The position numbers and the translations under genes were made by a program. Shown here in pieces: positions 44,236-53,986 of a DNA stretch of 64,000 bases; the stretch's first letter is position 1, and each line of letters begins with the position of its first letter. The notes under the pieces are model-generated. The model made no database searches, was not told the origin of the DNA, and was given only the letters and a program-made list of their open reading frames with translations. The DNA is taken from the IMG/VR virus record IMGVR_UViG_3300025939_000002, positions 1,435 through 65,434 of that record; one strand, 5' to 3'. The stretch comes from a virus (taxonomy: Duplodnaviria; Caudoviricetes).

Positions 44236-44556
44236 TCGGCTGGTGGCGGTGCCGTCCACGCCGGCGATCTTGACCAGCTTGGCCCCCACCGTCTCGGCGA
44301 GACCGGGGCGCTCGGCCAGCAGAGCCGCGAAGTCGGCGCCCTTGGGAAAGACCGCGCAGTAACTCGCGAGCCAGCGGAGCGCGCCCGGGCGCTGCTCATC
44401 ATCGGCCTGCATGGCGCGAAACACCCGCCACTGGTCCTCCTTGGGCTTCCGGACCACGATCTCGACGCTCGCCTCCGGGCTGCTGACGACGTGAAGCTCG
44501 ACCCCGGGGTTCTCGGCCTTGATCCGCTCGAGCTGCTCTTCCGTGAGTGACGACAT
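44227..44556 (-). CDS. tail assembly chaperone
   Basis: Between tube and tape measure genes. Confidence 0.75.
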   Translation of the reverse strand: MSSLTEEQLERIKAENPGVELHVVSSPEASVEIVVRKPKEDQWRVFRAMQADDEQRPGALRWLASYCAVFPKGADFAALLAERPGLAETVGAKLVKIAGVDGTATSRKL

Positions 44557-44603
44557 GCCCCCACGGTAGAGCCCGGCCGCAAGACGCTAAACTCCCGGCG
44601 CCC

Positions 44604-45080
44604 TCAGAACCCGATGTTCTGCCCAGGCGTGGCGATGCCGACGCCGCCCAGCAGGACACGGGTGACGAAGAGCTCGCACTTGATGACGCTCGCGTCGGTG
44701 CCGTCGGTGTTCGCGGAGCCGACCTTCTTGATGCGGCAGCCGCGAAGTTGGTCGGTGATGACCGGCTGGCCGAACTCGAAGAAGGTGACGACGATGTCGA
44801 AAAAGCGTTCGCCGAACCCGAGCGGAGGCAGGGCGCTTCCCAGCGTGGCCTTGAAGAGTTCGAATTCGAGACGGTACATCTCGAAGTCGCCTGAGGCCTT
44901 CTGCTTTCCGCGCGTGGCCCCGAGGACCTGCGGCCGGCTGCCATAAACCTCGCCCGGCTCAAGCGAGTCGTCGTAGTTGATGGCCTTGAAGCCAAGGCTG
45001 GGGAGTTCGTTGAAACGGGCCTCGATACTCGCGAACGAGAACCGGTGGCCGTTGATGAGGGGGTACTGAGGCGTCGCCAT
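44604..45080 (-). CDS. tail tube protein
   Basis: INGHRFSFASIE...INYDDSLE; follows sheath. Confidence 0.8.
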   Translation of the reverse strand: MATPQYPLINGHRFSFASIEARFNELPSLGFKAINYDDSLEPGEVYGSRPQVLGATRGKQKASGDFEMYRLEFELFKATLGSALPPLGFGERFFDIVVTFFEFGQPVITDQLRGCRIKKVGSANTDGTDASVIKCELFVTRVLLGGVGIATPGQNIGF

Positions 45081-45093
45081 GTGAGTTCCCTTC

Positions 45094-46776
45094 TCAGGCT
45101 GACAGCGCCGGGTTGCTAAACCCGATGTTCGTCGCGATGAATTTCAGGTAGCCAAGCGGCACGATCCGCACGGTCACCGGAAGGATGCTCGTCGACAGGA
45201 TGTTCGCCGATCGGTTAACCACCACGCTCGATGACGAGGCGTCGCCGGTGCTGACGACGCCCGACGAGAGCTGGCTGTTGACCTTCGCCTCGAACTGCTG
45301 AGCGTCCCGCTCGTCGATGTAGCCGGTGCTCGGGTCGATTCGCACGGAGCCGTTGAGGTAGGGCAACTCGGCCTGACGAGCGATCCGGCAAGCCGCGTCC
45401 ATCACCCGGCGGCGCTGGACCAGATTAAAGTCGCTGCCCGAGGGCGCCATCATGTTGCCGTTGGTGATGAAGTAACCCGCCCGCCCGGGGATGCTGCGCA
45501 TCGTGGTAAAGCGCTGGGCGTCGAGGAGCTGCGTCTTCTGCTCGTCCCGATAGAGCGAGGCCACGTTCCGGATGGGCTTCGTCGACCCGACGAAGCCGGC
45601 GTCCTCGCCCGGCTGGATGCCGGCGATGTGAGCGGCGACGATCCACGCGGCGTTGCGACGCAGGATCCGCCCGTTGATGGGCGAAACGGCGCCGACGTCG
45701 CCCGCGACGACCATCGTCCGGAGGCTCGAGAACGACGCGAAGGCGGCCGCGACCGTCGAGTCGCTCTCCGACGTCGGGCACTCGATGATGCCGAAGGCGA
45801 AGCGGAACTGGGTCTCCGCCGTCGCCATCTGAGTGTCGACGATGGCCGCCGCGGCCGCCGCGCCGGAGGCATTCGTCCAGGTCGCCACCACGTGGACGAA
45901 GCCCCACTCGGGCGCGGCGGCGCGCAGGGCGGCGAGCGCCGTCGTCAGGTCCGACGTCGAGAACCCGGCTGCGGTCGTGGTCCACGAGTACGTGTCGCCG
46001 GCGGTGAACGTCCCCGAGAAGGTGATCACCACCCCCGTGTTGGCGATGGCGTACTTCCCCGAGCCCGAGGGGATGGCGATCTGACCGCTGACGCTGTTGC
46101 CGCCGTCGACCGAGTAGGTGAAGACCCCCGCCCCCAGGCCGCCGGCCGTCGTGATGGTGAGGACGATCGAGTAGGCGTCCAGCGGGCTCGAGACCTGGGT
46201 GACGTTGCTCGCAGCCGGGCCCGAGCCGGTGAGGGTGATCGCCCCGAGGGTGTCGATGGTGTAGACATCGTTGAGCACCCAGGTCTGGCCGCTCGCGAGG
46301 GTCACGGTCGTCAGCGTGCCGGGGATGGCGTAGCTGAACGTGCCGCTGGTCGTGGCCACCGGCGACGAGTAGGCGCCGCCGTTGAGCGAGACGGCGAACG
46401 CGCCGGTCCCGTTGGCGCCCCCCGTGGTGATCTTCAGCGCGATGGTCTGGGCCGGCGAGAGCGCCGCCGTGGCGGCGGTGACGGTGCCGCTGCCCGGACC
46501 GGTGTGGGTGACCGAGCTGGCGACGCCGACCGCGCTGGGGTTGGCCGGGATCGCGTAGACCGGCCCGCCGGAGACGGCGAGGGCGTGGGCGATGGCGTCG
46601 ACGAGGGGACCCTGGCCGAGGGTCTGCTGGGCGACGCCGATGTCGCTGAAGGAGTAGACCGTCCCGACGACGCCGCCCGAGCAGACGCCGACCTTGGCGT
46701 GGGCGTTGGCGACGGAGGCGGGGACCTGGCCGAGGGCCCCGTCCTGGATGGTGAGTGTGACGTCAGGCAGTGCCAT
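45094..46776 (-). CDS. tail sheath protein (DUF2586-like)
   Basis: LDAQRFTTMRSIPGRAGYFITNG...RRVMDAACR. Confidence 0.85.
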   Translation of the reverse strand: MALPDVTLTIQDGALGQVPASVANAHAKVGVCSGGVVGTVYSFSDIGVAQQTLGQGPLVDAIAHALAVSGGPVYAIPANPSAVGVASSVTHTGPGSGTVTAATAALSPAQTIALKITTGGANGTGAFAVSLNGGAYSSPVATTSGTFSYAIPGTLTTVTLASGQTWVLNDVYTIDTLGAITLTGSGPAASNVTQVSSPLDAYSIVLTITTAGGLGAGVFTYSVDGGNSVSGQIAIPSGSGKYAIANTGVVITFSGTFTAGDTYSWTTTAAGFSTSDLTTALAALRAAAPEWGFVHVVATWTNASGAAAAAAIVDTQMATAETQFRFAFGIIECPTSESDSTVAAAFASFSSLRTMVVAGDVGAVSPINGRILRRNAAWIVAAHIAGIQPGEDAGFVGSTKPIRNVASLYRDEQKTQLLDAQRFTTMRSIPGRAGYFITNGNMMAPSGSDFNLVQRRRVMDAACRIARQAELPYLNGSVRIDPSTGYIDERDAQQFEAKVNSQLSSGVVSTGDASSSSVVVNRSANILSTSILPVTVRIVPLGYLKFIATNIGFSNPALSA

Positions 46777-46791
46777 CGGGTCGTCCTCTCG

Positions 46792-47139
46792 TCAGCGGGC
46801 CACGTGCTCGCCCGCGGCCTTGATGGCCGCGTCGAACTCCTCTTCGGTCAGCTCCTTGCCCTCGGGCCAGCCGTTGCCAGCCTTGGCCGCGGCGAAGCGC
46901 CAGTACTCCGGGTTGGGCCGAGGGCCGGTGAGCGAGGCCATCGGGACAGCCACGGTGCCGAGCGCTCCCGCCTGGCCGCCGGAGACCTGGACAGCGGGCG
47001 CCGGGAAGAGCTGCGGCCACAGCCCCTTCTGCTCGGCCCATTTCTCCGCCGTCTTCCTCTCGGCCGCGGAGGCCGAGGGGGCGGCGTCGCGCGGCTCCTG
47101 GATGTCGGGGTCGCCGGAGGGGTAGTCGAAGTTGGCCAT
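46792..47139 (-). CDS. small neck/sheath-associated protein
   Basis: Position; LTEEEFDAAIKA. Confidence 0.55.
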   Translation of the reverse strand: MANFDYPSGDPDIQEPRDAAPSASAAERKTAEKWAEQKGLWPQLFPAPAVQVSGGQAGALGTVAVPMASLTGPRPNPEYWRFAAAKAGNGWPEGKELTEEEFDAAIKAAGEHVAR

Positions 47140-47149
47140 GGGCGCGCTC

Positions 47150-47635
47150 CTATGCAGGGACGACCTGCGGCGTGATAGGCATGCTGGTCACGGTGGCGAA
47201 GACGTCGGCCTCGCGCGTGATGGGGATCTGGATCTCCCACTCGAGGACGTAGAGCCACCCCTTGCGGTTCGCGGCCGCCTGGCCGATCTGCCAGTCGGCT
47301 CGGATCTCGTTATGGGCACCGTGACATTCGGCGTGGATCGCCGCCACGAGGTGATTGGCGAGCGCCTCGCACGCGGGGATGTCGTCGCCCCAGACGTGCG
47401 CCTGCACCACCACGTGCCGCGAGCGCAGGGGCCGCGGGTTCGAGACGCCGTCGCCGCCCTGGGCATGAGGTCCCTGGATGGTCTCGACGGTCGGCACCCA
47501 GACCACGCGCGGGGGCCGGCCCTCGCGCGCGAGCTGGTCGGCGCCGGTCAGGAACTCGGGCACCGTCTGCGAGAGCGCGGTGAGCACCGTCGTGACCTGC
47601 GTCTCCACGGCGTGGAAGACGTCGACGAGGCCCAT
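47150..47635 (-). CDS. tail terminator-like protein
   Basis: Position after morphogenesis gene; PPRVVWVP. Confidence 0.6.
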   Translation of the reverse strand: MGLVDVFHAVETQVTTVLTALSQTVPEFLTGADQLAREGRPPRVVWVPTVETIQGPHAQGGDGVSNPRPLRSRHVVVQAHVWGDDIPACEALANHLVAAIHAECHGAHNEIRADWQIGQAAANRKGWLYVLEWEIQIPITREADVFATVTSMPITPQVVPA

Positions 47636-48099
47636 CAGTGCGGCCCCCCAGCCGCGCCTCCGCCGGGCGCCATCGCCTGCTTGAAGGCGAGCTCGATCTC
47701 CCTGCGGAAGGCGGCCGTCCAGATCGGCCCCAGCCCCCCGGCGCGGTCGGGGACGATCTGCCGGCGCGGGATGCGCCGGGTGCCGTCCTGGTGGTACGAG
47801 GCGTACGAAACGGGGATCACCACCCGCACGAGCGCCCCCGAGGCCTGGTTGGCCTGTTGGCCGACGGCGGCCGCCCGCAGCCGGCCGGTGTCGAGCAGGG
47901 GCTTGCCGACCCGGTACTTCAGCGGCTTCCAGGGGCGCCCGTAGGGGTCCTGCGACCGCCGGAACTCGTCGCCCAGGAGCTTGATCGCCGTGCCGGTCAG
48001 GCGACGAGCGACGGCCGCGGTAAAGGCGGGGTTGCGGACCTCGCGCAGGCGGCGCTGGAGATCCTCGAGCGCGCCGAAGTTCCCCCGGAGGACGGCCAC
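47635..48099 (-). CDS. phage virion morphogenesis protein (Mu gpG-like)
   Basis: DPYGRPWKPL...LLDTGRL...YASYHQDG..RIPRRQI. Confidence 0.85.
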   Translation of the reverse strand: MAVLRGNFGALEDLQRRLREVRNPAFTAAVARRLTGTAIKLLGDEFRRSQDPYGRPWKPLKYRVGKPLLDTGRLRAAAVGQQANQASGALVRVVIPVSYASYHQDGTRRIPRRQIVPDRAGGLGPIWTAAFRREIELAFKQAMAPGGGAAGGPH

Positions 48100-48102
48100 G
48101 GG

Positions 48103-48561
48103 TCAGTCCCCCTGGAACGGCCAGCGGCCGTTTGGATCGCCGCGGGCGGAGAAGCCCCGCTGCGACGAGGAGATGACCGTCGGCGATGAGCCCGGCAGCC
48201 CCTCCTCGGACCCCTCGCTCGAGTCGGTGATGTCGGGGACCGCCTTGCCGGCGGAGACCATCTTGAGCCAGGCGATGGCGTCCTCGTAGCGCTGGCGGAT
48301 GCCGGGGTCCTCCCCCACCTCGGGGTTGTAGCCACGGCCCACCAGCACGTAGTAGACGGCGATGTTGATGCAGGCTCGCTTGACGTCGCCGCCCACCTGG
48401 GTGAGCGGCAGCGTGAACTGGGCGCGCAGGAACGAGTCGATGAGACGCGAGGCCGCGTCGATGGCGTCGGTCTTCTGCTGGGTGGTGACCCCGGCGATCG
48501 CGTTGGCGCTGATCCCGCTGTCGAGATCAGCCACCACCGCGTATTGCAGGACCGTCGCCAT
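48103..48561 (-). CDS. head-tail adaptor (DUF1320, Mu gp36-like)
   Basis: AASRLIDSFL...ACINIAVY...RYEDAIAWLKMVSAG. Confidence 0.85.
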   Translation of the reverse strand: MATVLQYAVVADLDSGISANAIAGVTTQQKTDAIDAASRLIDSFLRAQFTLPLTQVGGDVKRACINIAVYYVLVGRGYNPEVGEDPGIRQRYEDAIAWLKMVSAGKAVPDITDSSEGSEEGLPGSSPTVISSSQRGFSARGDPNGRWPFQGD

Positions 48562-48567
48562 CGGCTG

Positions 48568-49068
48568 CTACCTCCCGCCCTTGCCGCCCTTGCCGCCAGT
48601 GACCTTCTCGGAGTGCTCGGGGTCGACCTCGCCCGACGGCTTGCCCCCTTCGCCGCCGCCCTTGGCCGCCGCGAGCTGGGCCTCGAGGCGCCCGATCTTC
48701 TCCTGCGCCTCGGCGAGCCTCGCCTTCGTCTCGACGAGCTCGCCGGCCAAGGTGGAGGCCTGCTTGCGGGCGGCGTCGAGGGCCGCCTGCGACAGCTCGG
48801 AGACCGTCTCGCCGTCGGCGAGCACCCGCAGGACCGGGTCCGTCATGATCTGCGTCTCGAAGACCTTGCGCGAGATGCGCGTCGGGTGAGGCTGCTTCGC
48901 GATGTACTTCTTGCCGGCCCCGTCGACCTTCTCGACGTCGACCGTCGGGTCCGCCTCGTCCTCGACGACCTCGACGGGGACCGCCTGGCCCGAGGGCCAG
49001 AAGCGACCGGCGCGCGGGCGATAGGAGAAGCCCTCGCGCGCGAGGGCCTGGATCTGCACGATCTTCAT
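48568..49068 (-). CDS. Mu gp35/HI1506-like protein
   Basis: GFSYRPRAGRFW...DPVLRV; ATGA overlap at 49065-49068. Confidence 0.6.
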   Translation of the reverse strand: MKIVQIQALAREGFSYRPRAGRFWPSGQAVPVEVVEDEADPTVDVEKVDGAGKKYIAKQPHPTRISRKVFETQIMTDPVLRVLADGETVSELSQAALDAARKQASTLAGELVETKARLAEAQEKIGRLEAQLAAAKGGGEGGKPSGEVDPEHSEKVTGGKGGKGGR

Positions 49069-50006
49069 GGCGTGCACTTGATGGCGAGGAAGGGCAGGCC
49101 GTAGCCACCGGTGCCCCGCGCCTCGACGCCCCTGGTCCACTTACGCAGGTTGAAGACGATCGGGTTCTGCGGATCGATCATTTGCACCGGCGTCGGCGGC
49201 TGCCGCTGCTGGAAGATGAGCGGCTTGATGCGATCGGTGCTGAGGAGGTACCAGGCCTTGTCGGTGTCGTCGACGAGGCGCGGGTTGATGATCGGCACCA
49301 CCTCGCCCATGTTGACGTTCGAGGCCGCCGCCGATGCGACGTTCTCGGATCCGGCGACGTTCTTCGCGATCTGCGCGATGAGCGACCCCTGGCAGATCTC
49401 GAGGGCGATCTCCCGCAGCTTGGGCCCCACCATCAGGACCGACGGCTGCACCTCGAGCGGCTTGCCGGACTCACCCCGGAAGCTCTGCATCGTCGCGTAG
49501 GCGAGGTTGAAGTTCGCCTGGGTGAGGGCCGTGGTCGTCAGCAGATTCGCGTAGGTCCCCTGGCTGGAGTCGTCGAGGTCGACCGGGTGGTCGGTGTCGA
49601 AGAAGAACTGCCCGTCGAAGCAGGTGGCCGTGGTCCCCTTGATGAGGACGTCGGTCATGAGGTCGTCGGGCCAGCGGTTCGCCGCGTCCCCCAGTAGCTC
49701 CTCGCGCCGCCCGTAGATCCCCGCCGTGTCGTCGGAGATGTCGTTCCGGTCGATCTCGTACGTATCCTCCCAGTCGTCGTTGACGAGGGCGTACGAGCGC
49801 GACGCGATGTTGCGCGCCATCTTCGGGCCGACCCACTTGCGCAGGCCGGGCAGCTCGGCGAGCCACGCGTAGACGTTCTGCTTCGTGGCCGACGGGACGG
49901 TCTCGGCGAACTGCGAGAAGTACTGCTTGCGGCGCTGGTACCCCGCCTGGTACCGCATGTCGAGCTGCTGGAAGAACGTCGCCAGCGTTGAAGTCGTGAT
50001 GTCCAT
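49065..50006 (-). CDS. major capsid protein (Mu gpT-like)
   Basis: YAWLAELPGLRKW; DDTAGIY; CFDGQFFFDTDHP; WYLLSTDRIKPLIFQQR. Confidence 0.92.
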   Translation of the reverse strand: MDITTSTLATFFQQLDMRYQAGYQRRKQYFSQFAETVPSATKQNVYAWLAELPGLRKWVGPKMARNIASRSYALVNDDWEDTYEIDRNDISDDTAGIYGRREELLGDAANRWPDDLMTDVLIKGTTATCFDGQFFFDTDHPVDLDDSSQGTYANLLTTTALTQANFNLAYATMQSFRGESGKPLEVQPSVLMVGPKLREIALEICQGSLIAQIAKNVAGSENVASAAASNVNMGEVVPIINPRLVDDTDKAWYLLSTDRIKPLIFQQRQPPTPVQMIDPQNPIVFNLRKWTRGVEARGTGGYGLPFLAIKCTP

Positions 50007-50042
50007 TGCTTGGTCTCCGGGTTCCTCTGTTGCGCCGCTCGG

Positions 50043-50822
50043 CTAGGTGATGGCGACGGTGCCGCCGACGAAGACGATCCGCCAGCCACCCGACGTCCAC
50101 TCGAGCTCGAGCGAGCCGCGGACCGTGGTGAAATCGGCGCTGGTCCAGCCCGAGCCGTGCGCGGGGGTCACCACGCCGTGCGGGGTGGAGCCGGCGCTGT
50201 CGGCGGTGATCGTCTTGCGCTGGCCGACGCGCGTGCCGTCGGCGAGGGTGTAGGCGACCGTGCCGGAGACGGCGAGGGTCGATGAGCGCTTCGTCACCGA
50301 GATGGCGCCCGAGGTAAGGCCCGTCTCCACCGGGGCGGACCCGGTGCTGATGGCCGACTCGACCAGCTTCGAGAGCTGCTGGGCGATCTGGACCGAGACC
50401 CCGACGCTGTCGACGGCGACGACGACGCCCGCCGGGCTGCGCGTACCGCCCCCGTCGGTCTTGGCGACGGTCTGATCGTCGACGATGAAGCAGACCTGCC
50501 CGACGTCGGCCTGAGCGATCTGGTCGCTCGACGACGAGTTGGCGAACTTGAACGTCCCCTGGATGACGCGCGCGACGAGGTCGCCGTTGCTGCCGCTCGT
50601 GTTATCGAGGCTCGGGCTCGCCGCCTTCTCCGCGTTGAAGACGCCACAGGCGATGAGGCCCACGGCGGTCTGCCCCTTGACGCCGTAGCCGGTCGAGTCG
50701 ATGCAGACGATGCCTCCCTGCCAGACCTTGCTGCCGGCCTTGAGGGGGACGTCGATGCTCGAGAGGATGACTTCCCCGGGCCCGAACTTCGGGGTGTTGC
50801 GGGCTGCTGTCAGTGCGGACAT
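50043..50822 (-). CDS. capsid cement/decoration protein with C-terminal extension
   Basis: MSALTAARNT...GTFKFAN...DVG..CFIVDDQTV. Confidence 0.75.
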   Translation of the reverse strand: MSALTAARNTPKFGPGEVILSSIDVPLKAGSKVWQGGIVCIDSTGYGVKGQTAVGLIACGVFNAEKAASPSLDNTSGSNGDLVARVIQGTFKFANSSSSDQIAQADVGQVCFIVDDQTVAKTDGGGTRSPAGVVVAVDSVGVSVQIAQQLSKLVESAISTGSAPVETGLTSGAISVTKRSSTLAVSGTVAYTLADGTRVGQRKTITADSAGSTPHGVVTPAHGSGWTSADFTTVRGSLELEWTSGGWRIVFVGGTVAIT

Positions 50823-50852
50823 GGTGCGTGGTCCTTGCTCGGGTTACGGGGG

Positions 50853-51962
50853 TCAGACGCTGGCGAGGAGCGCCGCCTTGGCCTTCTCCTCGACCTGCTT
50901 CCGCTTGAACGCCAGGACCTGCTCGAGGTCGTGGCCCATCATCTTGGCGACCTTGATGTCGTCGGCGGTGAGCGCCACCTCGCCGACCGCCTTCTCCGTC
51001 GGGCCGCCGGCGCCGCCGGGGTTGACGACCTTCGGGGCCGCGCCCCACTTGCCCGTCAGCCACTCGACGCCCTCCTTCGAGGGCTTGCCGCCGCCGAACG
51101 CCAGCGCCGCCTTCTCCTCGTGCGGGCGCATCGCGGGCGGCAGCTTGCCGTCCTTGATCGCGGCGTCGAGGACGTCCTTGACCTGCGCGGTGAGGGCCGC
51201 CGCCTGCTCCGCGGCCCGCTCGGCCTCGAGTTGGTCGGTGCGGGCCGCCTTCGCCTTCCACCCCTCGACCACGCCCAGGGCGCCGGCCTCGGACGCCTGG
51301 CCCGTGAGGGCGACCATCTTGTCGCGCACGCCGGTGAGCGCGGTCATCTTCGCCTCCTTGTCGTCGTCCTTCTTCTCGAAGGCGGAGAGCTTCTGCTTCA
51401 GCGCCGAGCACTCCTCCTCGGTGGACTTCAGCCTCGCGCTCAGGGCGGTGCAGTTCTCGCAGGCCATGTCGTCTTCCTTTCGGGCAGTGGCGGCCACGAG
51501 CGGTTCGAGCTCGTCCATGGCCGGGTCGTTCGTCAGCGCGATGTTCTTCAGGCGGATCACCCGGCGGGTGTTCTCGTCGAAGAACAAGATCGGGGAGAAG
51601 TAGCGGTACTCGGGCGCGCCCTTGTCGGGGGCGAGCATCGCCGTCGCCCGGGCTGTCCAGGCCACCTCGGTCGCCCAGAGCTCGCCGCCGCGGACCTCGG
51701 GCTTGAACCACCCCGCGGCGGGCTTGGCGGCGTCGCCCCCGCCGGGCGGCGGCTGGACCGACTGGTGCTCGTAGTCGATCTGGACCTTGGGCAGGCCCTT
51801 GGCCCGGAACGACTCCATCACGAGGCCGGCGGCCTCGTCGTCGAAGAGGAACTCGCCCTTCTCGGTCTTGTTCAGCCCGGCCCGGAGGATCCGGAACTCG
51901 GTCGGGGCCCCACCTCCCGCTTCGAGCGGGAGGGCCACGAGCGCCAGCGACGCGAGCTTCAC
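50853..51962 (-). CDS. Mu gpI-like prohead protease/scaffold
   Basis: IDYEHQ; AAGWF; WTARA..M...EYRYFSP; ALTNDPAM; coiled scaffold C-terminus. Confidence 0.9.
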   Translation of the reverse strand: MKLASLALVALPLEAGGGAPTEFRILRAGLNKTEKGEFLFDDEAAGLVMESFRAKGLPKVQIDYEHQSVQPPPGGGDAAKPAAGWFKPEVRGGELWATEVAWTARATAMLAPDKGAPEYRYFSPILFFDENTRRVIRLKNIALTNDPAMDELEPLVAATARKEDDMACENCTALSARLKSTEEECSALKQKLSAFEKKDDDKEAKMTALTGVRDKMVALTGQASEAGALGVVEGWKAKAARTDQLEAERAAEQAAALTAQVKDVLDAAIKDGKLPPAMRPHEEKAALAFGGGKPSKEGVEWLTGKWGAAPKVVNPGGAGGPTEKAVGEVALTADDIKVAKMMGHDLEQVLAFKRKQVEEKAKAALLASV

Positions 51963-52037
51963 GCCATCGAGGGTCGGGGGCCCGGTGCGCTACCTCAACT
52001 TCGCGACCGCGCCCGCCGCGGACCTAGCTCCGCGCGG

Positions 52038-52244
52038 TCAGCGGGCCGGGGCCCGGTCGACCATGGAGCGCCACTCCATCGTCTGCTCAATCGCGACCAC
52101 CGCCGCCTCTTTCTCGTCAGGATCAGCGTCGAGCTTCCGGAACGCCTCGAGCGCGGCGAGCGCGTCGGCATTCGAGACCCGCTGGCTGGAGGCGACGCCC
52201 GCCACGCGCTCGTATTCGGCCAGGAGCTCGGCGTGGGAGAGCAT
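52038..52244 (-). CDS. small acidic helical protein downstream of MuF (candidate immunity)
   Basis: 68 aa, starts 13 bp after the MuF stop. Confidence 0.55.
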   Translation of the reverse strand: MLSHAELLAEYERVAGVASSQRVSNADALAALEAFRKLDADPDEKEAAVVAIEQTMEWRSMVDRAPAR

Positions 52245-52257
52245 CGCACCACAGATC

Positions 52258-53868
52258 TTACCGGTACTCTTCCCCCTTGACAATCCGCCCGACCCACCTG
52301 TCCAAATCTGCAATCCTTTCCGGCACTGCCGTCTCGGACAGCATGTAGTCGTGCAGCATGCGCGAGACGTTGTCGACGATCCGCGTGTATTCAGGGTGAT
52401 TACCCTTGATGCCGTGCTTGTCGAGGATGCCGCGGGTAAACAGGCCGTAGCGGTGGTCGTCGCCCTCGTAGGCCGGTAGCCGCTTTACCTGCAGGGCCCG
52501 CCCGGCGACGTGGCGCTCGAACGCGGGATCGGCTGCCGAGACGCCATCGACGTACGAGACGAGCTGGGCGAAGGACTTCACGAAGTTCGGGTAGGCGGTC
52601 ATGCGGCTCAAGACGGGCTTGCCGTCGACATCCGCAAACATCGGAGGCTCGTGCCCGAGCGAATTGTGCAGCCCGAGGCGGGCCTGGTACCTGCGGTTGT
52701 AGTGCTGGGCGAGGATCTCCGTCGTCGCCTCCTCCATCGCAATGCGATTGCCGGTGTAGCGGTAGTCGGGTGTCGAGGCGGCGTGGAACTGCTCGTGCAG
52801 CAGGATCTCGATCGCATTGTCCTCCCGGGGCGTGCGAACCGCGCCCCGAACGATGACGTCTCGGATCCGTTTCGCGATATCCGGCCGCAGCTCGACGGGC
52901 CCCCAGTTGTACTGACCGGCCACGCCGGGCGGCAGGTTGTAGTTGACCTTGTGGGTGACGACGGTGAAGCCCTTGCCGGTAAGGCCGCAGACCAGCTCAG
53001 CCGACGCCCGCTTGAGCTCGGCGTCGTTGTCGGCGAAGAACAGATCCGTCGTCGCCGCCCCGCTCGTGCGCTCCCACTGAAACGGCGACGCCTCGGGCAG
53101 CTCCGGCGCAAGCTCGGACGGCACCCGGGGAAAGGCCGCGGGGTGCTCGGGTTCCGGCTCGGGCTCGACCTCGTTGGCGGGGGCGCTCTCGAGCTTGCCC
53201 TCGAGCAGCTCGCCGATCGGCTCGGGGTAGTCCTTCGTGTCGGGCTCCCAGTCGTCGCCGCCGAGGCCCGGCTGCCGCCCGAACCCCTCGTCCGCGTCGA
53301 CGTCCGGCGCCTCATCGTCGACCCCCTCGTCCTTCGCCTCCTCCTCGCTGAGGGGCACGAGCACCGATCGACAGTTGAAATGCAACGGGGGCGTGTGCGC
53401 GTGCCAGAACGGATCATCGGCGGGCCGTATGACGCCGTCTAGCGCCTGGCAGATCTCCGAAGTCCTCGAGTCCATCACGGCGTCAAAGCGCCAGAACGGC
53501 CGCGCCTTCTTCACCTCGGGGTGGTTCAAGATCTCGTGCCGGCCGGCGTTGTAGGCCCCCAGCGCGTTCGTCCGGAAGATCGTCTCGAGCCGCGCGGGGT
53601 CCTTCTTCCCCCAGGCGGCCTCGAGCTTCTCGCCGATCTGCGCCTTGAAGTCGGCGAGGGTGGTGCCGTCCTTGATCGCCCGGTCCATCGCCCCCCAGGC
53701 GTCGGTGGCGAGGTCGGCCTGGGCGACGCCCGAGACCTTGAAGGCCATCTCGCGCTCGGCCTCGGTGAGGGCGTCCCACTTCCAGTCGGGCATGGGGACG
53801 CGGCGGCGGAAGGCGCGGACCGCCTCCTCGAACGCGTCCGGGTCGTCGGTGACGTCAACCTTGCTCAT
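52258..53868 (-). CDS. MuF (gpF) minor head protein with C-terminal zincin-like peptidase domain
   Basis: RLETIFRTN; PFWRFDAVMDSRTS..C; FWHAHTPPLHFNCRS; C-terminal LLHEQFH...EEATTE. Confidence 0.88.
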   Translation of the reverse strand: MSKVDVTDDPDAFEEAVRAFRRRVPMPDWKWDALTEAEREMAFKVSGVAQADLATDAWGAMDRAIKDGTTLADFKAQIGEKLEAAWGKKDPARLETIFRTNALGAYNAGRHEILNHPEVKKARPFWRFDAVMDSRTSEICQALDGVIRPADDPFWHAHTPPLHFNCRSVLVPLSEEEAKDEGVDDEAPDVDADEGFGRQPGLGGDDWEPDTKDYPEPIGELLEGKLESAPANEVEPEPEPEHPAAFPRVPSELAPELPEASPFQWERTSGAATTDLFFADNDAELKRASAELVCGLTGKGFTVVTHKVNYNLPPGVAGQYNWGPVELRPDIAKRIRDVIVRGAVRTPREDNAIEILLHEQFHAASTPDYRYTGNRIAMEEATTEILAQHYNRRYQARLGLHNSLGHEPPMFADVDGKPVLSRMTAYPNFVKSFAQLVSYVDGVSAADPAFERHVAGRALQVKRLPAYEGDDHRYGLFTRGILDKHGIKGNHPEYTRIVDNVSRMLHDYMLSETAVPERIADLDRWVGRIVKGEEYR

Positions 53869-53986
53869 AGCGGGCGGATGCCGGGGCCGGCCCGGACTAC
53901 CTGCGCGGTTGCAGTACGGGAGGCCCGTTCCCCGTGCTCATTCCAGATGCCGCCCCACCTGGTTCTCTCGCCTCCCCGGGAGAAAT

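Noticed and set aside
44049-44582. 177-aa ORF as the chaperone frameshift product
   Set aside because: It is in the +1 frame with an Arg/Gly/Pro-rich shadow composition; the -1 frame has the protein-like sequence.
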